From Candidatus Oxydemutatoraceae bacterium (GTDB taxonomy: Bacteria; Pseudomonadota; Gammaproteobacteria; Poriferisulfidales; Oxydemutatoraceae), in the NCBI GenBank assembly GCA_965220085.1, contig CBDCOZ010000003.1, forward strand, positions 1,152,001-1,216,000: a DNA stretch of 64,000 bases, read 5' to 3'. The translations under genes and the position numbers were made by a program. The notes beneath the pieces were generated by a model, which saw only the letters and a program-made list of their open reading frames with translations, did not search any database and was not told the origin of the DNA. Below, piece by piece: positions 40,316 through 50,486 of the stretch; the first letter of the stretch is position 1; the number at the start of each line of letters is the position of its first letter.

Positions 40316-40448
40316 TCGCCGCCGCTCGCCTTCTATGCCAGTCGCAAAATGGCTTGTAGAAGGTTTCGCATCCGAGCATACCGACGCTTATCACAAACAA
40401 CGCGCTGCCAACGGGCGTCATATTCCCAATGCGCTGACACGCGCAACA

Positions 40449-40504
40449 ATGTCATACAACTGTCATACAAGCGTCATGCGGATGTCATAGAGGCGGGCTA
40501 TCCT
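40449..40504 (+). promoter_or_regulatory. Double Pho box (four GTCAT half-sites) plus -10
   Basis: GTCAT at 40451, 40462, 40473 and 40484 (11-bp period); TATCCT at 40499. Confidence 0.85.
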
Positions 40505-40580
40505 GTGCATTAATAAGCAAGCGGCCACAGCGTCGCCGCTGTTTTTAGCAAATTGTTTTCACATTATGAGGAAAGTAAAA

Positions 40581-41702
40581 ATGAAACATAACTTTTTAAT
40601 CAGATGCGGTATTGCGCTCGTACTGATGGCGCTTCCGTTGCTGGCAACCGCCGCTAAGTTTAAGATTGAAGACGGTCCCGAGTTGGACATCTGGGGACTG
40701 GCCCAGCTTCAAGCGGAGGTCATTGACACAGATGCCGACGATGACGGCCTGAAGTTTGGCGCGGATCGCGTCCGCTTCGGTACCAAGATGAAGTGGGGCG
40801 ATTGGAAGCTGGACTTCCAATTCAATCCCAAAGACAGCAAAGGCGACGGCAGCGAAGGCACATTGGGCGATGACAGCTTTATCCGTGATGCGGTCGCTGC
40901 CTACAAGTTCGGCGACCATCTTGCGATGAAGTTCGGACAATACAAAACCCCGCTTGGCATGACATATAACATGAGCGGCACCCGGTTGCCGCTGATGAAG
41001 CGCGCGATGGCAAGCCGCTTGGCGCTGGATCGCACACTCGGCGCATCGCTTAGCGGTCGTTATATCGGCGGCGATAAAAAGACCGGCAGCTTCGGCTATG
41101 ACATCGGCGTATACAACCCGGCCGGTCGTTCCAAAGCCTATGCGGATACCAACCAGAACGGCGAAGGCGACACATACAGCTATGTCGGTCGCCTTGTTTA
41201 TGACTACGGCAAGGTGTTGCACTTTGAAGCCGCTTACGCGGAGGTTGAAGATGCCGGCTGTTCGCTATTTGATGTCGACGATCCGACATTGTGCATAGGC
41301 AGCGAAGACTACGAAGTCTTTGATCTCGGCGCCATGTATAAGAACGGCCCGGCGCGCATCCGCGCCGAATACATTGACGGCGAAAACGTCAAAGGCATGG
41401 ATGGCTTTGACGAGCAGTCGTGGTTCGTCGAAGGCGGCTATAAGTTCGCCGACATAGCAGAAGCGGTTGCCCGTTATCAGCAAAGCGAATGCGATGACTG
41501 CGACGGCGCCGTCGGCGCGGACGAAGAACTCAGCCGCATGGAAGTCGGCCTAAACCTCTTCCTCGGCCCGACTGACAGAACCGGTCGCGTCCAACTCTAC
41601 TACGCCGATGTCGGAGACGACGAAGAAGACTACTCCGGCATAGCCGGCGGCGGCAATAACAGGTACGACATGGTCGGCGCGCAGTTGCAGATGATGTTCT
41701 GA
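40581..41702 (+). CDS. Phosphate-selective porin (OprO/OprP family)
   Basis: Signal peptide, RVRFG, IRDA...FGQYKTP.G, C-terminal QLQMMF; upstream Pho boxes. Confidence 0.8.
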   Translation: MKHNFLIRCGIALVLMALPLLATAAKFKIEDGPELDIWGLAQLQAEVIDTDADDDGLKFGADRVRFGTKMKWGDWKLDFQFNPKDSKGDGSEGTLGDDSFIRDAVAAYKFGDHLAMKFGQYKTPLGMTYNMSGTRLPLMKRAMASRLALDRTLGASLSGRYIGGDKKTGSFGYDIGVYNPAGRSKAYADTNQNGEGDTYSYVGRLVYDYGKVLHFEAAYAEVEDAGCSLFDVDDPTLCIGSEDYEVFDLGAMYKNGPARIRAEYIDGENVKGMDGFDEQSWFVEGGYKFADIAEAVARYQQSECDDCDGAVGADEELSRMEVGLNLFLGPTDRTGRVQLYYADVGDDEEDYSGIAGGGNNRYDMVGAQLQMMF

Positions 41703-41738
41703 CTTGTAAACAGAGCAAAAAGTGGCTAAACTGCTCAT

Positions 41739-42953
41739 TTGTTTATGAATAGAGCAGACGCTAACAACAAAACTTTATGCCCCCGGGCGCTGATTGGCGC
41801 AGCGCTCGGGTGTGTCCTGCTTTTCTCCGCGCCGACGCAGGCGGCCAAAGAGAACGTCGCCATAGTCTCCATCATCGGCAACAACTTCACATCGGTCTCT
41901 GTCGCCGGCACGGCATTCAACATAGACAAGCACACTGCCAAAGTAAAGCCATGGCAAATAGATCGCTTCGTCACAACGACGATTGAAGACATCCTCGCCG
42001 AGAGCAAAAGCCTTCGCGTCAAAAATATCCGCATCAAACGCAAACCGCTGGCGAAAATATACGACACCAGCAAACACGGGTTTCTCGAAGAGGGCGACTA
42101 TGACTTGGATCAAATCGCCGATGTCATGCCGCGTCTGCGCGACAAGCAAATAGACAAACTGATACTGGTCATCGCATCCAAACTGTATGACCCGCTGCTC
42201 GATGCCAATACGGAATTCAGAGGCTACGGCATGTATCTCAACACCGCGTTTATAGAAAAATATTTCCTCTACGCGTATTTCAAAATACTGATTATCAATA
42301 CCGCCGATAACGAACTGCAACACGAAGAGGACATCCTCGCTTACCGGCCGATTGCCAAAAAGCGCTGGGCGTTTGACCTCGGCCAAACATCGGAGGCTCA
42401 CAAACGCGGTGTGCGCAACGCATTGAAACGGATGATGACAGAGAACATCGCGGTCGCACTGGCCAACGCCGGCGTCATCGCGCCGTCGCTTGTGCGCAAA
42501 CGGCAGGAAACAGAAAAAGCCGGGAAGCGCAAGAAGGGCATCAAGGGGATGCGAATCTCCGCAACCGACGAATACGTGCAAGCGATTAAGCGCGCATATC
42601 TGGCGCTGGACATGCGCCGGGTGTTTGAACGATACGCCCGCGAGTGGGTCGGCGGCAACACCGAGTTATACGCCGATACGATTCGCGATTGGGTGGACGA
42701 CCGCTTCGGCTGGAATAAAGTGCGCAGACCGCTGGTGCTGATGTATAGCAGACTCGGCCTGTCGGCGGATGAAATTAACGATCTGGCGGACCTCGCCGAA
42801 GGCAGCAGTGCGCCGCCGACCCGGGAAGAGATGCAGTCACTGCGCGGAATATGGGATGCGCTCGCCGACCGCGCCGCCCGCCGCTCCTTGCGCCAAGCAA
42901 TCAAACAACGCAGACAACTGATTATCCGCGAAGGCGAACGCCTCCGGCAATAG
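41739..42953 (+). CDS. Hypothetical exported protein
   Basis: Signal-peptide-like N-terminus (PTQA/AK); long ORF with host-like codon usage. Confidence 0.65.
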   Translation: MFMNRADANNKTLCPRALIGAALGCVLLFSAPTQAAKENVAIVSIIGNNFTSVSVAGTAFNIDKHTAKVKPWQIDRFVTTTIEDILAESKSLRVKNIRIKRKPLAKIYDTSKHGFLEEGDYDLDQIADVMPRLRDKQIDKLILVIASKLYDPLLDANTEFRGYGMYLNTAFIEKYFLYAYFKILIINTADNELQHEEDILAYRPIAKKRWAFDLGQTSEAHKRGVRNALKRMMTENIAVALANAGVIAPSLVRKRQETEKAGKRKKGIKGMRISATDEYVQAIKRAYLALDMRRVFERYAREWVGGNTELYADTIRDWVDDRFGWNKVRRPLVLMYSRLGLSADEINDLADLAEGSSAPPTREEMQSLRGIWDALADRAARRSLRQAIKQRRQLIIREGERLRQ

Positions 42954-42964
42954 CCCCGCCAACT

Positions 42965-43537
42965 AACACTTCTCCTCACCGCATCGTCCTTTGCCTTTGG
43001 CTCGGACTCTGCGACTGACTCTCCCGCAAGGGGAGAGCACAACCAACACTCCCCCTCGCGGGGGAGTCGGCAAGCGAAGCGAGCCGGAGAGGGGGCGCTT
43101 CCCCTCTGTAGGGAAGTCAGCGAGTCAAAGGCACTGACTAGCAGGCGGCTTGGCGGTAGCGACTCCGACATTCTTCCCTTGCGGTAAGTGCTCGCACGAA
43201 CACACTCTCCGTCCGTGTAGGGGAGTCGGCAAGTCAAAGGCACTGACTAGCAGGTGGCTTGGCGGTAGCGACTCCGACATTCTTCCCTTGCGGTAAGTGC
43301 TCGCACGAACACACTCTGTTCGTGCAGGGAAGTCAGCGAGTCAAGGGAGCTGACTAGCAGGCGACTTGGCGGTAGCGACTCCGACACTCTTCCCTTGCGG
43401 TAAGTGCTCGCACGAACACGCTCCGTTCGTGCAGGGAAGTCAGCGAGTCAAAGGCGCTGACTAGCAGGCGACTTGGCGGTAGCGACCCCGACACGCTCCT
43501 CTCGCACTATCCCCGCAGGCTATCGGAGAAAGGGGAA
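42965..43537. repeat. Cluster of REP-like palindromes with four ~108-bp tandem units
   Basis: CACTCCCCCTCGCGGGGGAGTCG and repeated AGTCAAAGGCACTGACTAGCAGG..CTTGGCGGTAGCGAC. Confidence 0.85.
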
Positions 43538-43595
43538 TGACAGAAAACCCTTTGCAATACACGGTTTCCGCCCCTATTGCCATATCAAGATGTTA

Positions 43596-43610
43596 TGTTA
43601 TACTATAACA
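43596..43610. promoter_or_regulatory. Zur box
   Basis: Perfect TGTTATA-C-TATAACA inverted repeat just upstream of zur. Confidence 0.9.
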
Positions 43611-43639
43611 ATAGTAACAAAACTAACTCTTACTAAAAC

Positions 43640-44101
43640 ATGCCTACTCACAGCACCGACAAATCTCGCATTGAGCGATCCGTGCGCAAAGCGGACGCAA
43701 TCTGTCGCGACAAAGGACTGCGCTTCACCGCACTGCGGCGCAAGGTGCTGGAAATAATCTGGGCCAACAGAACCCCGATCAAAGCCTACGACATTCTGGA
43801 CACACTCAAAGGCAAAAGCGCTTCGGCCAAACCGCCGACCGTATATCGGACATTGGACTTCCTGTTAGAAAACGGATTGATCCACAAACTGAACAGCCGC
43901 AATGCATACGTCGGTTGCCCGCATCCTCTTGAGCACGGCGAATGCTATTTCCTGATTTGCGAAAAATGCGGAAGGGCCGAAGAACATTGCGACAGCGATT
44001 TGAATGATGCCATCACACGCACCATCGATAAGAACAAATTTCGCCATACGCATACGAACCTGGAAATTGAAGGAGAATGCCGCCGCTGCGCGGGCAGATA
44101 A
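43640..44101 (+). CDS. zur: Zinc uptake regulator (Fur family)
   Basis: AYDILD, PPTVYRTLDFL, CEKC and CRRC; adjacent to znuCB and a Zur box. Confidence 0.9.
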   Translation: MPTHSTDKSRIERSVRKADAICRDKGLRFTALRRKVLEIIWANRTPIKAYDILDTLKGKSASAKPPTVYRTLDFLLENGLIHKLNSRNAYVGCPHPLEHGECYFLICEKCGRAEEHCDSDLNDAITRTIDKNKFRHTHTNLEIEGECRRCAGR

Positions 44102-44347
44102 TCGCTATGGACACACTGATAAAAGCACAAAACATAACCGTCACACGCCAGGACAAGGACATCCTCAAAGATGTATCCGTCAACCTGCGATAAGAACAAA
44201 TTTCGCCATACATTTATGAATTTAGAAACTAAAGGAGGGCGCCGCCGCTGCGCGGACAAACAATCATTATGAACACACTGATAAAAGCACAAAACATAAC
44301 CGTCACACGTCAGGGCAAGGACATCCTCAAAGATGTATCCATCGATC
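44023..44347 (+). repeat. 161-bp tandem duplication of the zur 3' end and znuC 5' end
   Basis: ATG(G/A)ACACACTGATAAAAGCAC occurs at 44108 and 44269. Confidence 0.9.
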
Positions 44348-45000
44348 TGGTGCGCGAGGACTTTATGACCGTCGTCGGCCCCAATGGCGCCGGCAAATCC
44401 ATGCTGCTCAAATGTCTGATGGGGTTTTATCCGCCGGACAGCGGCGCTATTGAGCGCAGCAAGAATCTCAAAACCGGTTATGTTCCGCAATCTCTGCTGC
44501 TAGACCACAGGATGCCAATTAGCGCAGAGCGTTTTCTCACTCTGCATAAGACAATCAACCCCGAAGATCTGCGCGTGACAGTGCATGAGACCGGTATTGA
44601 GCACACGCTCGAGCAACCGCTTGCGGTGTTGTCCGGCGGCGAGTTGCAACGGGTGCTGCTCGCCCGCAGTTTGCTCGGCAACCCCGAACTCCTGATTCTT
44701 GATGAGCCCGCGCAAAATCTGGACATTTCCGGCCAGATTGCTTTTTACAAACTGCTGCAACGCATCTACGCCGAACGTTCTCTGACCATTCTCATGGTCT
44801 CGCACGACTTACACATGGTGATGGCCGCGACTAAAAAAGTGGTGTGCCTGTTTCATCACATATGCTGTTCGGGAGAGCCGCACACGGTTACCAAAGACCC
44901 TGAATTTATCTCGCTTTTTGGCGACGATATGAGCAAGATGCTGGCGGTATATCAGCATCACCACGACCACACCCACACCGAAGGAGGCGACCATGTTTGA
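44269..45000 (+). CDS. znuC: Zinc ABC transporter ATP-binding protein
   Basis: GPNGAGKS, GYVPQ, LSGGELQRVLLAR, HICCSGEP, His-rich tail. Confidence 0.92.
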   Translation: MNTLIKAQNITVTRQGKDILKDVSIDLVREDFMTVVGPNGAGKSMLLKCLMGFYPPDSGAIERSKNLKTGYVPQSLLLDHRMPISAERFLTLHKTINPEDLRVTVHETGIEHTLEQPLAVLSGGELQRVLLARSLLGNPELLILDEPAQNLDISGQIAFYKLLQRIYAERSLTILMVSHDLHMVMAATKKVVCLFHHICCSGEPHTVTKDPEFISLFGDDMSKMLAVYQHHHDHTHTEGGDHV

Positions 45001-46012
45001 ATCATCTGTTTTGTATGGCATTGCGGCGGGTGTCGGCATCGCTCTGATTGCCGGCGTCGTTGGCTGTTTTATAGTATGGCGGCGAATGGCGTACTTTGGC
45101 GATGCGCTCGCCCACAGTGCGTTGCTCGGTATCGCGCTCGGATTAGTTGCCGGCATCAGCGCCGACATCGGCGTCCTCATCAGTTCGGCAGCATTTGCGG
45201 TCTTGCTGTTATGGTTGCAACAAAAGAAAGTGTTGGCGACCGACACACTCCTTGGCATCCTCGCGCATGCGTCATTATCGATTGGCATAGTTACCATCAG
45301 CCTGATACAGCGATATAAAGAACAGGCGGGGCATGCGGGGCATGCAGATCATGCCGAGCATGAAGGCCACGCAGAACATGCGGGGCATGCAGATCACGCC
45401 GAGCATGAAGCTCACGCAGAACATGCGGGGCATGCAGATTACGCCGAGCATGAAGGCCACGCAGAACATGAGGGGCATGCCGGTCACGCGAATCATGCCG
45501 GGCATGAGGGCCATGCGGGCCACGCCGACGACGGGCATATGGACCTGCATGCATATCTATTCGGCGACATTCTCGCGATCACACCGTACGAAATAGCCTG
45601 GATATATATCGGCGGCGGCCTGTTGCTGACCGCGCTAATAGCCAACTGGTCGTCGCTGGTGTTAATGACAATTCACAAAGACTTGGCACAAGCTGAGAAT
45701 GTGCGCGTATTCCTCATGCACATCCTGCTTATATCGGCGATGGCTATCGTCGTCGCACTCGCCATGCGCACGATCGGCATCCTGCTGATTGCCTCGCTGT
45801 TGATTATTCCCGCCGCAACCGCCCGCCAACTGGCGCGTTCGCCGGAAGCGATGGTCATCGTCGCATCACTGCTCGGTATCGTCGCGGTTCTCATCGGAGT
45901 GAACATCGCCGCCCACTTTGAGATTCCGTCGGGCGCCGCTATCGTCGCCACCTCGTCGGTCTTATTCATGCTGCTATTCCCGCTGTCCGGCTGGCTGACA
46001 AAGCGAGGCTAA
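44993..46012 (+). CDS. znuB: Zinc ABC transporter permease with a large His-repeat insertion
   Basis: GCFIVWRRMAYFGDALAH, DTLLGILAH, YLFGDIL, LLIIPAATAR. Confidence 0.92.
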   Translation: MFESSVLYGIAAGVGIALIAGVVGCFIVWRRMAYFGDALAHSALLGIALGLVAGISADIGVLISSAAFAVLLLWLQQKKVLATDTLLGILAHASLSIGIVTISLIQRYKEQAGHAGHADHAEHEGHAEHAGHADHAEHEAHAEHAGHADYAEHEGHAEHEGHAGHANHAGHEGHAGHADDGHMDLHAYLFGDILAITPYEIAWIYIGGGLLLTALIANWSSLVLMTIHKDLAQAENVRVFLMHILLISAMAIVVALAMRTIGILLIASLLIIPAATARQLARSPEAMVIVASLLGIVAVLIGVNIAAHFEIPSGAAIVATSSVLFMLLFPLSGWLTKRG

Positions 46013-46435
46013 CGCGCAAGACCTCCTTGCAGTAAGCGCTCGCACCCGCCAACACTCCCCTCTCGCGGGGGGAGTCGGCTTGACTGATGTCGCGCAAGAC
46101 CGCGCGCATCCACACACTCTCCCTCGCGGGGGAGTCGGCTTGACTGATGTCGCGCAAGACCGTGCGCATCCACACACTCCCCCTCGCGGGGGAGTCGGCG
46201 AGTCAAGGGGCTGGCTGGCAGATGGCCTGACGGCAGTTGCTCCGACACGCTCCTCCCAAACTATCCCCGCAAGCTGCCGGAGAAGGGGAGGAAGCAGACT
46301 TCAACGAACTTCGTGCCTTCGCCAAACTTCCCCCCATCCTTCGCCTACGGCTTGGACTTTGCTACTCCCCCACAAGGAGAGGGCAGCGGTAACACGCTCC
46401 TCTCGCGCTATCCCCGCAAGCTGCCGGAGAAGGAA
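46012..46435. repeat. REP-like palindrome cluster with ~61-bp tandem units
   Basis: Three ACACTC.CC.CTCGCGGGGGAGTCGGC copies; two CTATCCCCGCAAGCTGCCGGAGAAGG copies. Confidence 0.85.
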
Positions 46436-46509
46436 AATGCACGCGCCGGATATGCTCGCTAATCAAGTGACGATTTGACCTTGCCGCCGATAGCGGCGAT
46501 AATTTTTTC

Positions 46510-46872
46510 ATGAACAAACAACCCCGCGAGCCGACAAAGCTGCCGGCGCTGACTGATGTAGAGCGCGATGAAGAAGGCTTTCTGCTCAATGCGCAAGAGT
46601 GGCACGAAGGCATGATAGAGCCGCTCGCAAAAGAAATGGAAATTACCCTCACACCCGAACATCTGGAGATCGTGCGCTATGTCCGCAATTATTTTGAAGA
46701 ACGCCAGACGGTTCCCGAGTCGCGCACGTTGCTCAAGCACTTAAAAGAAGCATGGGGTTCCGAGAAAGCCACCCGCCGCTACCTGTACCGTCTGTTTCCC
46801 TATGGCTACGGCCAGCAGGCTTGCAAGATTGCGGGGATGACCAAGCCGCGCAAACTGATGCTGGATGTTTAA
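46510..46872 (+). CDS. TusE/DsrC-family sulfur relay protein
   Basis: DEEGFL, LTPEH, YLYRLFPYG..QQACKIAG; the C-terminal Cys of canonical DsrC is absent. Confidence 0.85.
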   Translation: MNKQPREPTKLPALTDVERDEEGFLLNAQEWHEGMIEPLAKEMEITLTPEHLEIVRYVRNYFEERQTVPESRTLLKHLKEAWGSEKATRRYLYRLFPYGYGQQACKIAGMTKPRKLMLDV

Positions 46873-47014
46873 CTTGGGGGGAGTGCCAGCAAGCCTCCTC
46901 CTCGCAGCAGCGCTTGCACGAACACACTCCCCCCTCGCGGGGGAGTCGGCGAGCCAAGGGCGTAGCCCGCAGGCTGCCGGAGAGGGGGAGGAGGGAGCGG
47001 TGCCGGTGTCGGCT

Positions 47015-47836
47015 TTACACGCCGAGAGCGAGCCAGTAGCCGCCCCAGACGATCATAACCACGCCGGTAACTGTGCGCCCGATGCCGATCGGAATCAGCG
47101 TCTTTTCAAAAAAGATGAACAGCGTCAGCGCCAGCAACCAGAGCATATTCATCATACCGACGGCAAGCATGATCAACATCAGCGCCCAGCAACAGCCGAC
47201 GCAAAAGAGTCCGTGCCCGGCGCCGAGCCGCAACGCCGCGACATAACCGTCGCGCCAACGCGGCACGAGATAGCCCATCGGCATCTGGCAATGCTTCAAG
47301 CACGCTTCCTTCAGCGGCGTCCACTGGTATATGCCGGCAATTAACAGAATCACCCCGCTCAAAAGATAGCTGTCGCTCTCCATCGCCGGCGTAATCAGTT
47401 GCTCGACATGCAGGTAATACTGCAAAACCGTCGCAAACACGCTGTACACAGCCCACGCGAGCAGATAGCCCAGCACAAACACAAAAGTCGGCGCGGCAAC
47501 CCCGCCTTGCATGCGCTTAGTCGCGCTGATGTTGGCATACAACGCGACAAAGGGAACCACCGCCGGCAACATCATCGCCAGCATCATCATCACCCACATC
47601 ACAAACAGCATCGCAAAATCAAACGCCGTCCACACAGCGTCGCTGCCGTGCGGCGGCGACCACAAGCCGCCGTGCGAATGCGCGGCGTGCACACCGGTTG
47701 CGGAAGAATCGGCCGTCCACGCCATGTAAGAAAAATAGACCCAGCCAATCAGCAACAAGCCGCCGATGATCGCAAAGACCGTGCGCGCCAGTTGCGGCGG
47801 CAAAGTTCTTATCGGCATCCAGTCGTAGGAAATCAT
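47015..47836 (-). CDS. DUF2182-family metal-binding membrane protein
   Basis: MWVMMMLAMMLP, YQWTPLKEACLKHC, CVGCCWALM. Confidence 0.9.
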   Translation of the reverse strand: MISYDWMPIRTLPPQLARTVFAIIGGLLLIGWVYFSYMAWTADSSATGVHAAHSHGGLWSPPHGSDAVWTAFDFAMLFVMWVMMMLAMMLPAVVPFVALYANISATKRMQGGVAAPTFVFVLGYLLAWAVYSVFATVLQYYLHVEQLITPAMESDSYLLSGVILLIAGIYQWTPLKEACLKHCQMPMGYLVPRWRDGYVAALRLGAGHGLFCVGCCWALMLIMLAVGMMNMLWLLALTLFIFFEKTLIPIGIGRTVTGVVMIVWGGYWLALGV

Positions 47837-48057
47837 CGGTACGCAGTAATCTATGAAACGGTATCAATAGGGAGTCATTTTAACCTATCCCGCGCCCGAT
47901 AAGGCACAACAACTGCTTGCCAGAGAGGGGGCTCCCGCACCCGGCGCGCCCCCCGCAAAAGCAAGCCCAGAGCGGCGATTCGGCGCATTATAGCCCGCGG
48001 GCTGATAGGAATCTCCCTATATGGTAGAATGAATCCATTCAATTCACAGGAGGAATT

Positions 48058-48663
48058 ATGTCTGATTGGAATATGAAAGGACACTACTTTGAAGCATGCT
48101 CATGCGATGTCGTCTGCCCCTGTATCTTTCTCAAAGACCCGACCCAAGGGATTTGTGAAGGCTACTTAGTGTGGCGCATAGATGACGGCCATCTGGAAGG
48201 CGTGCAACTCGGCGGCTTAAATGTCGCGGTTGCGCTGCACGCCGGCGGCAACCTGACCAAGGGCGGGCTGAAGTTCGTGTTCTATATTGATAAGAAAGCC
48301 AGTGACGAGCAGGTTGCGGCATTGACCAAGATTTTCAAAGGCGAAGTTGGCGGACATCCGGCAGTTATCGCGGGACTTGGCGATGGCAATGCCAGCTTTG
48401 AAACCGCTGAGATGAAAGTCTCGTGCGAGGACAAAGTCAAAACGCTTGAAATCGTCGGTGTCGGCGGCATCTCGATGACCGCGCTGACTGGCGGCGATGA
48501 AAGCAAACCGGTAGTAGTGGACAACAATCCGCTCGCCGTCTCGCCCGGCCAACCGGTCACCATCCACGATGTGGAAAATGTTGACCATGACCACGGTGGG
48601 ATGCAGTTCAAGTACGCGGGTACTGGCGGCTTATCGGCGCCGTTTGAGTACGCTGCCGGTTAA
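48058..48663 (+). CDS. DUF1326-family protein
   Basis: W.MKG.YFEACSCDVVCPC...PT.G.C, YIDKKASDEQ..AL..IF.G..GG. Confidence 0.9.
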   Translation: MSDWNMKGHYFEACSCDVVCPCIFLKDPTQGICEGYLVWRIDDGHLEGVQLGGLNVAVALHAGGNLTKGGLKFVFYIDKKASDEQVAALTKIFKGEVGGHPAVIAGLGDGNASFETAEMKVSCEDKVKTLEIVGVGGISMTALTGGDESKPVVVDNNPLAVSPGQPVTIHDVENVDHDHGGMQFKYAGTGGLSAPFEYAAG

Positions 48664-48684
48664 GGCAAGCTCAGGCGATGCAAA

Positions 48685-48719
48685 CAAAAAATCCCCGCCT
48701 GTGCGCGGGGATTTTTTTT
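48685..48719 (+). terminator. Intrinsic terminator
   Basis: AAAAAATCCCCGC...GCGGGGATTTTTTT. Confidence 0.85.
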
Positions 48720-48846
48720 GCCAAGACCGAACTGCCCGCCTTGCCGAGGAAAGCTCGCATACTGCGCCGGAGCCATTCTTGCCGTTGCCCCGAAACTGAT
48801 TGACTGTATATAATTTGATGCGACCCTATCATGAACCGACAGTTGT

Positions 48847-50424
48847 ATGAAAACAAAACCAAATGACAAAATTAAGACAAGGCCGAGCGAGTATGCGGAA
48901 AAGCGCGGCCTTGATTATATTAAGTCTCAGTCCCAAGTCGCCATTAACGATTTGGGGCAGTATCATACTCCGCCGGCAGTCGCCGAATTTATTGCTAAAA
49001 ACTTCGACCTCACAAAAATACCCGATGTCATCAGAGTATTAGATCCCGGAGCAGGGGCGGGAATTCTCTCGTGTGCTCTTTGTGAACAGTTGGCTCATGG
49101 AAAGAATCGGCCAAAAGAAATCAACCTTACCGCATATGAAATTGACGAAGCCATTATCCCGACTCTGGAAAAAGTTTGCGCTCACTTGAAAAAATGGCTC
49201 TGCCAAAATGATATAGAACTGAAAGTCAAAATTCATAATAAAGACTTCGTTCTCACAAATGCGGATATATTGAGCGGGGCTTTCCAAGAAAAGCTATTCA
49301 TTCCCCATAAAGAAGGGAAATTTGACTTGGTTGTGGCTAATCCGCCTTATTTCAAAATATCAAAATCTGATCCCAGAGCAAGAGTTGCCTCATCAATAGT
49401 TCATGGTCAACCGAATATCTATGCGTTATTCATGGCGGTTGCAGCCGAACTTTTAAAGACGAGCGGACAACTTGGCTTTATTACTCCTCGCAGCTACGCC
49501 TCGGGCTTATATTTCAAAAAGTTTAGGCAAAGTTTTTTCACGCATATGAGACCTTTCTTCATTCATATATTCGAACTGAGAGATAAAGTTTTTGGCAAAG
49601 ACAATGTGTTACAAGAGAATGTTATCCTTCACGCAACCAAGGCAGGGAAGTCTGATGTATCCGAACATAACGTAAGAGTATCAAGCAGTAACAATTTGAA
49701 AGACACAGACCGAGCAAGCGTTATCAATATTCCGTTATCGGAGGTAATGACACATCGGAACGGACACATACTCCGCATCCCGACACAGGCCGCGCATCGT
49801 AATATCGTTAAACTTATCGCTTCTTGGAATCAAAATTTGCATTCGCTGTGACTTGAGGTCTCAACCGGCCCGATTGTCGCATTTCGCGCAAAACGATTCC
49901 TTGAGTCTGAGCGCGCTCATGATTCGTATGCCCCTCTGTTATGGCTGCACAATGTCAGGCCCATGAAGGTACTTTGGCCGGTTGACTCGAGAAAGCCAAA
50001 ATACGTAGCAGTCAGCGAAGAATCCGGCAACATTTTATTGCCTAATAGAAACTATGTCTTGATAAGAAGGTTTAGCGCAAAGGAAGAAAAGAGACGGCTT
50101 GTTGCGGCTCCTCTGATACGGAAGAATATAAACTCCGAACATATTGGGATTGAAAACCACCTCAACTATATTTACCGGAAAGGCGGCCAGCTAAGCGAAG
50201 TCGAGACGACGGGTTTGGCGGCTATTTTGAGTAGCAGTCTCCTTGATTCCTACTTCAGGATTTTTAGCGGCAATACACAAGTCAGCGCGACAGAATTAAG
50301 AAATTTTCCGCTGCCGCCGCAACAAATTATCCGGAAGATTGGCGCAATGATACAAGAGCAAGGCATTGATTTTGATCAAGGCGATGAAAGAATTACCAGT
50401 GTAATCAGAGAATATGCCACGTAA
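48847..50424 (+). pseudogene. N6-adenine DNA methyltransferase (BsuBI/PstI, Eco57I-like) interrupted by one in-frame TGA
   Basis: GQYHTP, LDPGAGAG, NPPY; TGA at 49849-49851 is followed in frame by LEVSTGPIVAFR...RRFSAKEEKRR...GNTQVSATEL. Confidence 0.85.
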
Positions 50425-50475
50425 AAAAGACATCGATCAAAAAATTAAAGAAGCACAGAAAATATTACAAGAGAG
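50414..50475 (+). pseudogene. 5' remnant of the cognate restriction endonuclease
   Basis: Overlaps the MTase end; KIKEAQKIL resembles BsuBI/PstI-family N-termini; sequence switches abruptly to the 3' flank of the convergent gene. Confidence 0.5.
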
Positions 50476-50486
50476 TGTCGCGCGCG

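Noticed and set aside
49849-49851. UGA recoded as Gly/Trp (alternative genetic code), suggested by the MTase and mutS-repeat UGAs
   Set aside because: Core genes lepB, rnc, era, recO and pdxJ terminate normally at TGA.
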